DNA of 61,025 nucleotides, counting the filler, from Bipalium vagum (lineage: Eukaryota): assembly GCA_037834085.1 (NCBI GenBank). It is 3 parts of 3 records of this genome, joined end to end, with 100 filler letters (N's around TTAATTAATTAA, not from the genome) between each part and the next. Parts side by side here need not be neighbours in the genome. Positions count along the whole stretch, not along the records: positions 45,017 to 61,025 come from JBBMKC010132713.1; 2 more parts are not named here. One strand, given 5' to 3'. Shown piece after piece: positions 51,501 to 61,025 of this stretch (its first letter is position 1; each line of letters starts with the position of its first letter). The notes under the pieces are model-generated. The model did not search any database. It saw only the letters and a list, made by a program, of their open reading frames with translations, and was not told the origin of the DNA. The position numbers and the translations under genes are program-made.

Positions 51501-54096
51501 CTGGTTGGACAAATGGTTTCAGTCCATGATGATATTTGCATCTGAATGTCGTGAGATTATCGGAAAGGAGCTTCATCTGATTGGAAATAGTCCAGGAAAA
51601 TTGTCGAAAATTGCCAAAGATTATCTGGCCAAAGTGAAATGTATTTTCAATCTTGAAATCGTAACATCAAATGATCTGATGGTCTTAAGTCCTTTGGAAC
51701 AGAACCCTAAATCGATATTGAATAATATTAACTGTCTCAACTTTATAAGGTTTAAGAGATTGCGGAGTCAATCGAGTAAAGCGGTTCCGGAGGAAAATAT
51801 CGGCCAAAAGAAAACCATTGTTGCGTTACCGAAATTAAACCCCAATAGACAATGCTTAGTGAGACTGGGAGAGTTCAACTCTGAGAGTGGCTTGGAATCA
51901 AGATCTAAAAAGGATGTTATAAGTCTGGTAAGTTAATTCGTTTTATTTTTGAGTATTCTTTGGTTAAAGTCTTATTATTCCGTAGTTTTTATTAACCAAT
52001 TAATTTAATTAATAATAGCTGGAAAATCTAAATCAGATGATAAGATAACTAACAAATCAATTGTTCAGGATGGAGAAAAAATTATTTAAAGATAATTAAT
52101 ATTTTTCTAAGCTCTCGACTTTTTAATGGAGATTAAAAAATTTTGCCACTTCTCAAAAATTTTCCATAGACATTCATGTCAGTCGTTAATTGACTTATTT
52201 GGAATTTATTGAATAGAGATCCTTCCAGAAATTGAATTTGGTCTTAATCCTGCACTGCCAACTACAGTGGAAAAAAATCCCACCGAAACGTTGTTTGATA
52301 GAAAGATATATAGAAGTAGACTCTAACAGACACAATAGAAAAGAAGTTCGTGTCAAGGGAATGATAAGGCACAGGAATTTCATAATTGAGAAAAATACTC
52401 TAATAAAAGTCAAAAAGTGACGTAAACAAAACAAAAGATATGACTGACTTTACTTAGTCGTTTAAAAAATGCATGACCAAAGATACTATAAAACACAATG
52501 AGAAGAAATTGTTTTTTAAAAAATTTAAAACGAAGGTATAAAGAGCTTATTTCATATTTGGGGACCTCTTGTTCTCATGAATCATAATTTATATGGAACA
52601 ATTTTAGGAAAATAAACTTTAAAAACAATTAATAAATATTTAACAATAAGTTAAAGAAGTTAAATTAAAAATTTAAAACTTGAGTGAAAAAAAAAATATA
52701 AAATATAAATTAAATCAATAAATTATAAAAAATAAAAATTGAAAATCACAGTTTGATAATTAAATTTTTTGAAAATTCTTATTTGTTGTGAAGAAATAAA
52801 TGCACATAAACCTGGTAATCGTAATGAAGACGTTTCAATTAAAAAAACAAAAAACATCTGGTTCAACTTAAAGCTTTGAAGGTAAAGAATTCCAATACTT
52901 ATTAATGATTCACAAACAAGTAATTATAAAAATTAGAAGTATTGGACGTAATTAAATCAGTTGCCTGTAAACGATATCAATTTTTTTGATATTTCCAAGT
53001 AATTTATATTTACGTGGTTTAAATTATTATTATTATTATTATTATTGTTGTTATTATTATATCATTTTCAAGATGTATTTGTTATTTTGACACAAGCTAA
53101 CGGTATAGATGTTGAAAGTTTCATTCCATAAATAAGCCAGTCTATTGAAAAATATGATAAAGAGAATATCCAAATGCCAAAATCGAATGAAGTAAAGTCA
53201 ACAGTATCAATATTAAAGAACAACGCAACATATAATGGATATTTTCAAATATTGGAGATGCAATCGAACACTGTATTTCTTCAAATCTACGACCATTTGC
53301 ACAAAAAATTTCCTGTCAAACGCCAAATCAAACTTGATGATTTCTTTCTTAAAAATATTTAAACTTTTCACTTCACAAATTATTACATAAACAATATATT
53401 TCTTACATAATTGCCAAAACCGTCTAACTACTTAACACAAACACTGCTATTTTTAGTAACATTCATAAAATTGCTATTTATAGTAACTATATATCATTAA
53501 AATTAAATTATCTTTTCCAGGTTTATCCTGGTTATAAAATGAATTTAAGATTTTATAATTAGTTTTTTTTATTAAAATTTATATTATTATTATTTTTTGC
53601 CTAGATTAAAAAAGCGATTTTAAAGTTGATTTTTAAAATGAAATATAAATTGCAAATGGTATTTTTGCTATTTAATAAAAGGTAACATTGGACTATAAAG
53701 CATAAAAAAATATTTAAACTTATCACGTATTAATTATTATTTTCGAAGACTTCTCAGTCTGTTCTACACCAATAAAAGATTTTGTGAATTTTGGTATTCA
53801 TTTCAATTTTATTTAAATTTAAAATTTCGTCTTCAATTCATTATAAATTTTTCTTTCAGAATTCTATTTCCGATCACACCACTCACCCATCGATGCAGCC
53901 CTTTCATCATTATCAGCTTTCTCTGGGTGGTGGATTTGTTCCATATTTACATCTGCACTTGAAACCGTGTCTGGTAAATCCATTTCCGTCTCCAACGGAC
54001 TATATTGAATGGGAAAACGCTAATCCTAAATCTTTTTTCAAATGTTATAATCGTACGTTCTTTCCCCAATTCTCTTTACCACCGGAACCATTTTAG
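45588..54096 (+). CDS. WDR97: WD repeat-containing protein 97-like (KIAA1875), about 1468 aa
   Basis: Exons 45588-45679, 45728-45863, 45911-46120, 46890-47792, 49099-51927, 53860-54096, GT-AG and in phase. N-terminal ARQRWELLRKSI and LTLDGGSVRLF..RYIAW. WD40 repeats HERAITAL..LVTGSKDGSIKVWS, AHTKPINHL..SCADDRTVRAWNI, YDHSPDHNH.EPV..CCKMRLF..IKIWS..N.LLR. Also IPNS and C-terminal GFVPYLHL..VNPFP. The WDR97 (versus WDR87) assignment is from recalled motifs. Confidence 0.75.
48190..48750 (-). mobile_element. Hsmar1/cecropia-like mariner 5' relic in a WDR97 intron
   Basis: Minus-strand TIR TAAGATAGATGCAAAAGAAATGTCGG resembles TTAGGTTGGTGCAAAAGTAATTGCGG. The protein reads DSRKSTREVTEELRVDQSIVVRHLKKNGKVKKL. 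Confidence 0.8.
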
Positions 54097-55079
54097 TAAT
54101 AAAAACTGTGAAGACATTTCAGATATTTCGTTGAATTATTTGAAATATATTGTCGATTTATTTTTATAATTTTTTTTTCGTTTTTTCAGGGTTATTTTTG
54201 TGAAATAATTTTTTTTATAATTATTGTATATTGTAAATTTATTTTAAAATTAAGGATTATATCATAATGATATAATAAATTATAATAAATAATAAATATT
54301 TAATTTTAATATTTAATCCTTGTAATTTTAAGAATTTTTCAAAATTTTATAACGAGCAATTGAAAAATTACTAAAATGTTTTTAGATTAATTTAATATTG
54401 GGTTAAGGTTAAATACAAGACACTTTAAAATATACATCCTTGTGCAAATTAATTGAAACATAAACATTTTTTTAACAAAATTTTTATACCTCTTCCTGCA
54501 AACAGACAATTTTGAATTATATACATATATTATGACGCCAATGTCTGATAAAATCATTAAGTTTCTCGATATTACATTTTTTTCAAAATAAATTTTTATT
54601 AGTTGTTTCAATTAAGTTGCACAAGGGTGTAAGACATAATTTAATTACAATATTATTAGGTCACAATATCAGATGCTTTATATTTTCTTTAGAACAGAAA
54701 TTCGGCAATATACCCATTAAAATTTTGTCTATTTCAATAAGAATTAGATATTAGGAAATGTTTCAACCTCATCCACAAGTTTTCAATTATTTAGTGATTA
54801 GATCTCGTTTTGAAACATCTCTTAATATTTAATTCTTATATATAACCCAGACAAAGAAAGTCATTGAAAGAAACTTTTTTGTTTCATTAATATAATTTTT
54901 CGTTTATTGAAACCTAGACACGGGTTAGTATTATGATTTTTTTTCTTTGTTTAAATATTGGTCATATTTACTGTAATTTTTAAATTTCATATAAACATGA
55001 AGTAATTTTTGATTTTTTTCTTTCCGGAAAAAGTCAAAGTGAAATTAGTCGATGATTGAATGTCCCAAAACAAACAGTC

Positions 55080-56105
55080 TCTGATGCTATTCAGCGATCA
55101 AGAACTTGGCCATAGTGGTCGGCATCAGGAAGTGGAAGGAAACGGATTATCAATATCTCTTTCAATCTCAAAATCATTAGTAAGAGGATCTAGTAAATCC
55201 CAGACTCTCCATGAGCAAAGTCTCCCGTGAGACGGGGCTCAAATGTGAATCTGTTCAAATGATACAAAAAAAAGCTGCAACTCAGGCCTTATAAGTTCCA
55301 AAAAGTTCAGTTTTTAACGGATGAAAACCGACAAGTAAGACTCCAAAGATGTCGAGTATTGAAACTGCGAGCCACAGGTCGGCGCTGGGATTGAATTCTT
55401 TTCTCAAATGAGAAGTTATTTATCATCAAACAATCCCATAATCACCAAAACGATAGGATATGGTCAGCATAGGCTACTGCGAACTCCAAAACTATAGAAC
55501 ACTGCCAAAATCCAGAATCTGCCATGGTCTGGGGTGGTATCTGTGCATGTGGAAAAACTCCTCTAATTTTCGTGGATAAGGGGGTAAACTTCAACCAAAA
55601 AGTATATCGAGGGGACATATTGGAATCTGTTTACTTCCTTGGTTCAAACAGCATCTTAAAAAAGAAGAATGAATCTTTCAACAAGACTCCGCTCTAGCCC
55701 ATAAGGCCGAAAAGACTTAGGAATGGTGCAAATCCAATTTTCCGGAATTTTATCACGTCTGAAGAATGGCCACCATACTCCCAGGATCTTAACCCGCTTT
55801 ACTACTGTATATGGTCTATTTTGGAGAGCAGAGTATGTGCTAAGCGTCACGAAAATTTGGAAGCACTGAAAAATCTCTGAGTCGAGAATGGGACTGTTTT
55901 TCACCCAAAGATCTGAGACCAATTGCTGAAAATTTTTTTCGGGCAAGCTGTATTCGCAAAAGGAGTAGAGATTTCGAAACAAATTGAATATATAAATTCA
56001 AAATGATTCATTTATTGTTATTTTTCTTATTTTCTTCTTATATTTGTTTTGGTTACAAAATTATCTTTAAAAATGTGTGTCCAGGTGTTTTTTCTGGTCA
56101 CTCTG
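55080..56105 (+). mobile_element. maT/Bmmar1-type (DD37D) transposase pseudogene with 3' TIR
   Basis: PYKFQKVQFLT..RLQRCR..ILFSNEKLF...HNHQNDRIW...MVWGGICACGKTPLIFVDKGV..NQKVY...FQQDSALAHKA...EWPPYSQDLNPL, with stops and frameshifts. It ends ...CTGGTCACTCTG|TA. Confidence 0.88.
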
Positions 56106-56399
56106 TATATATATTTTTGTCTTATATCAAACCTTAACCAAATATATTTAACTTGTTTCATGTTTAAAAAAATATATTCAAAAAATATACTTATTTTCAA
56201 TAAAACACATCACTTAAAAAATCAAAACTGAAAAAAAAGTTTCATCAAATACACATTTGATGAAATTTCATAAAATAAATTAACATGGGATACATGTAGA
56301 GATGTTAATAAAAATATCACCGTGTCTTACAAGACAATATTGGATTCCTATAGTCATAATATTAAAAGGAAAATTTATTTTCTCTTGATGTATGTCGTT

Positions 56400-56950
56400 C
56401 CGTATTTGTTGAAGCTGGTTTTCCTTATTCATTTAATGTTTCAGAGTACGAAGAAAAGACCATAGCCTAGGACCTATTGTATTATTTCTATTTTCAATTA
56501 GAAATAAATGTGGTGAATATACTGTCTCAACTTATGATTCTTTCAAAAACTTTGCTGTCATCTCCGAATATACTGTTATGCATTGCCTTGAAAATTATAG
56601 CCTGGGATTGTTTCCATTAATGAAACAAGTATGGGCCAGAAAAGATTCAAATTACCTCTGATAAGTACAGCATGTGACCGAAACATATGGGACCCCTTAT
56701 ACCATAAATCCAGGCGTAACTCCCTTGTGACTTATTAACATCAATCAAAAATTTTATCGTTCACCAGTTACCTTTTCCTTTCAGGCGTCCATCACTTTGC
56801 CAAAAACAGAATCTTGATTCGTCGCTAAAAATGATGTAATTTCATTCGCCACTCCAATATATTGTAAGATTTCGGTTTTTCTTTTGTTTCACTAAAACAT
56901 ACAACGTGGTCAACGATTATTGTTCTCACTAACTTCCTCCAAGGAAGTTT
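56400..56950 (-). mobile_element. Tc1-type transposase relic
   Basis: Minus strand IIFSDESRFCFWQSDGR...GER...HKGVTPGFMV*G, matching the FSDESRF and GxMVWG motifs. Confidence 0.75.
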
Positions 56951-58959
56951 AAATATCAAAAGATTCATGAATAAAGATTGTAATTAACACAATAAGGTAT
57001 ATTTGTTATCACAGTAAGCAGTCTATTTCAATTTAAGAATATTATTAACAAAAATATGAGTACTATTTAAGAAATTAAATGCCTTTTTGATTTTCTGATA
57101 ACCGAAAACGTCCTGATGATAAAAATACGCATATCATGTCGCCTGGAAAAGGAAACGAGTAAAAACCGAAAAGAAAATATTGAAAAGATTAGTGATATGA
57201 AGAATATCTTTCTATCACTAAATTAAATTAATTTAATCGATCAACAAGAAATGGATTTTGTTTTTGGATTATATAATTCATTATCTTTAGTATTCATGCA
57301 CCTTTAATGAGTCTTTTTTGAGAACAGCTGAAGATTTTTAAGGGCGAATTGTATTGAAATTGTGTCGGTATTTATACTACCAAATTTCACGAATTAAGCC
57401 ATTGACTGTTTTCGTAGGTTCTTTTAGTTTTAAACTTAATATTACAATTTTTAATCGATTCTTTCTATTTATAAACGAGATTTGCTAAATTTAGTAACAA
57501 ATGATATTGGTATTATAAAAGTTTTACTGTTATACTTCATAATATGCCATTAAACAATATATAAATATGAGGTTTCCTCTAAGATCAAGTGGTACAGTTC
57601 TTTAAACTAAGTTGAAATGACATATTTCTTTTAATGTTTTTTTAAAAAATAAATTGATCATAGCTAATATGTTAAATTATGACAGAAAATTAAATTTTTT
57701 GGTAAAATAGAATTATATAAAACATTTTATTGCTTAAATCTCGCGAAATTGACAAATAGCTCTCAAGTAGAACTGAGTTAATAAACTTCATTATTTGTTG
57801 GACAATGTCCCAGTGTGGCTTCCGTGTGCAGTGACGTAGAATACAGTTACGTCTTCTGATTAAATCAGTCTCTCAAAAAACTTAAAAATCAAATACTTTA
57901 AAAATTCAAAAAATTATTTTCAAAGTCATCTTTCTGGAAAGGGTCAAGTAAAAAATTGACACTTAAAAAATATTTAAAATGAATATTTATTTCTGCAATT
58001 ATCACATAGCTAAGCCTATGATAAGTAAAATATTTATTTTCTAAAGTTAAAAATCAAAGGTAAAAATACAAATTTTAAAGAATATCATTTGTACTTAAAG
58101 TTTCAAAAAATCAATTTCTTTTAATATTTAGAAATTGGCAACTTTTCATTTTGCTGAATTTATTCAAATGATGAATTTGTTCTATATATCCTACATCATT
58201 AGATATATACAGGGGCGTAAATGAATCAAATATATCTGTAAAGATAGAACAGATAATCGATACTGATTGTCCTGGATCTATTGTTATGAAAGCTTCCTTT
58301 TGTAAACTTTGATTTTGTGAAGTTTATGTGAATCGAAAAAGCAGAGTTTTTAATACAATTAAGTCTTGTGATGTTAGATTGAATGCCATAAATGAAAGAG
58401 ATTTTATTCAATTTTGTGTAGTTATTTTATTTCAATTTTAGTTTATATTTATATATTATACTTCTAAAATGGCCACCAGCATTAGATGTAGCACGTTGAT
58501 GAATATATTATTTTAAATTTGACATGATAAATAACTAAATATGCTTTTTAAATATGTATTAGTAGTAAAGTATATTTAATCGGAAAATTAAAAAAATTTC
58601 GTTTTAGTGCCGATAATAAGGAAGAAATTTGTTTTATTTTACAGTGATTGTGTTTTTGAATTTAGAGTTAGGTTTTACTCTTCTAATAAAAGTTAGTGAA
58701 GATTGAATGAAATCTAATTTGAAATTATTTTGACTGAATTTAAGAAGAATGCTAAAGCAATAATTTTAAAATCTAAGCGCAGGCTTTAAAGAGTTAATTA
58801 TAATTTAACGTTTAATTACAACGTTAAAGTAAACAGTTAAATCGGAAAATTCTCAATTTAGTTAATTCGATTAAAATTGATATTTTTTAAAACGGATTGT
58901 TTGGGACTGAATGTTTTATCTATTGTAAGCAACTATACACTGTGACTGATTTTTACATT

Positions 58960-59395
58960 AATTTTTTGCGTGATGGTGATAAAGTTAAGCGTCTTCGCTT
59001 TGCAACCTGATTGACGAAATAAGATTCAAACAGTGAAATTTTATGGTCATTTGAATCCAATATTTCACTTGATGGACCTATTCATCGCCATATTTGTTGA
59101 ATTTGATCTACATTAAATCCACAAATTATAAAAACTCAACCTTTACATTACTGCATATAACTGGATTTCAATTGTAAATTTTGTCTTATCCATTTTTCTT
59201 TGAAGGAAAAGTGAATGCGATTCGTTATAAAGATATTTTACAAAACCTAAAACCTGAACTTAAACAAAAACATGCTTTTAGAGGAACAACATTCATGCAC
59301 ATCAAAGTTCAACTGTCCAACATTTTCTAAGCTGAACGTAATTAGTCTAGGATTTGATAATACGTGGTCACCTCGAAGTCCAGATCTGAGCTGCA
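58960..59395 (+). mobile_element. DD41D/rosa-like transposase relic
   Basis: EILWSFESNISLDGPIHRHIC..NPQIIKTQPLH, PFFFEGKVNAIRYKDIL and ISLGFDNTWSPRSPDL motifs. Confidence 0.65.
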
Positions 59396-59399
59396 AAAC

Positions 59400-60035
59400 T
59401 ATGTAAAGTTGATCAAAAACATTATTTTTGCCACCCATTGCTATTATTTTATTCGAGGTCAGAAAGTTGCAGAGGCGGTCCAAGAAATTTCTGATGTATA
59501 TGGAAAACCTGTTTTGGCCTGAACTACTGCAAAGTTGAATGAAAATCTCAATCCTAATCTTAACCTCTAACCCTAGGCCTAACTATAACCATAATCTTAC
59601 CTTAATATTAAAATTTTTTATTGCATTTAAATAAAATTTATAATACTGTAACCATAGCAAATTACTTTTACGCACCATGATAACGCACGACCTCATTCTT
59701 CTCATGTGACATCAGACATGATAGCCAGTTTTCACGTCACAGCCACCGTACAGTCCGGATATGGCACCATCCAATTTTTATTTATTTAGCAATTTAAAGA
59801 GGCACCTAAGTGGGCAAATATTTGATTCTGATGATGCCATAAAATTTCTGTAAAATTATGGTGCAAAATGCAAGACAGTCTTTTTTAGGATAATGCTTTC
59901 ACATCATGAAAAGGTGGCGAAGTTGTGTTGAAACAGAATATATTGACTAATGTAAATACGTAGCTTAATGTCACACTTTTTCATTTTAATTTGTCGGGTT
60001 ATTCCGTAACAGGCATTACTTTTTGAATGACCTAA
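59400..60035 (+). mobile_element. Deleted mariner element with 3' TIR
   Basis: RKVAEAVQEISDVYG, HHDNARPH, PPYSPDMAPSNFYLFSNLKRHLSG. It ends GCATTACTTTTTGAATGACCTAA|TA. Confidence 0.8.
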
Positions 60036-61025
60036 TATGAATTTCTGAATGTTCAAAGACTGAAATGTGGAATTATATAATTTTGACATATTACAGTTGT
60101 ATAAGGGTCAACCAGACACTCAGCTTGGAACATGCTATTTTACTTGATCCCTCAAATTTCTGGACTGTAGTTTATTTTTCAGAAGATTTTGTTGTGAAAT
60201 CTCTTGTATCATTTAAAAAAAGTCTTCTGTAAGGTGATATAGGGTGAAATGGTTATTGTATCTATGAAAATGGCAAAGTTTATAAAATAAGTAATCCAAA
60301 TCGTCAGACAAATTTTTCAATATCAGAATGGATTATGGAGTTAAAGGTTAACAAGTTTTCGATAGTTTTATCAAGGTAATTAAAGGATCATTTGATTATT
60401 CAATATAAGCAACCAAATACATTAAAGGTGTCGAAATAAAGCTTGTAACATTGTAAAAATAATGGTACTAAATAATATTATAATATTATTATCAAAATTT
60501 TAAAACTTTAAGTTACTAAAACTTACTAAAAGATTAAGAAATCTCACCAAAGGTTGAAATCAATTTGTGAAGATAAACTTTTCATGATCATTTGACACAT
60601 TTTAGACAAGTTTAACATGAAAAAACAATACAATTGATCCAAATGACCCAATAATGGAAATATTCCCAATAAATAAACCTTTACAGTTTTAAAGTTCTCC
60701 ATTTGCTTGATCTTTTTTCTTCATCATATACCACAAGTTCCATGTTTTAAGGTTTCACCAATCTATTCTTCAAGACAGACCTGAATATGTATGGGATTTT
60801 TTCTGTTATAAGTTTATATTTTCAATAATACAGGGTGTCCCAAAAGTAAGTGGTAATATAAATGATAAAAATTTCATAGTTTTGAGAACAATATCATGAC
60901 ATATTTTTGATCAAGAACAAGTAGACTAATCAAAGTTTTATTTTATTTAACTTGGTTGCCGTCAAGCTGTATACATTTTACAAGACGCTCAATAAAAGCA
61001 GACATAGCATTTTGACACATATGAA

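Noticed and set aside
52217-52420. Additional WDR97 exon
   Set aside because: Candidate frames hit stops without a convincing donor, whereas 51927 splices in phase directly to 53860 with family-like C-terminal motifs.
53100-53362. Small ORF in the last WDR97 intron
   Set aside because: No recognisable homology and no in-phase acceptor/donor pair that I could support.
59550-59612. Interstitial telomeric repeat (TAACCC-like)
   Set aside because: It is a short, highly degenerate CCTAA/TAACC run inside a mariner relic, with no tandem perfect units.

Overview
Very AT-rich eukaryotic (metazoan invertebrate-type) genomic scaffold with GT-AG spliceosomal introns, many only 42-51 nt long. It is three contigs joined by two artificial 100-nt spacers (44N-TTAATTAATTAA-44N at 25424-25523 and 44917-45016). 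Three intron-containing genes were reconstructed by hand from splice sites and reading phase. (1) + strand 3310-19414: a protein 4.1/Coracle-family gene whose 5' end lies outside the window, with an unusual FERM - degenerate FA - two tandem DDX1-type SPRY domains - 4.1 C-terminal domain architecture. This is the main finding. (2) - strand 35368-26304: the N-terminal uDENN/cDENN part of MADD/AEX-3 (Rab3/Rab27 GEF), cut off near a scaffold gap. (3) + strand 45588-54096: a WDR97 (KIAA1875)-like WD40 protein. Introns and intergenic DNA hold decayed transposons: Tc1, mariner, DD37D/maT, DD41D/rosa-like, IS630-like, Tigger/pogo, MITEs, an RLE-type non-LTR 3' end, a Penelope GIY-YIG relic, and a Ty3/gypsy relic with integrase, a possible env-like region and a candidate LTR next to the MADD 5' end. 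Most supplied short ORFs are exon read-throughs, antisense shadows or TE debris. Homology calls come from recalled family motifs, not database searches.
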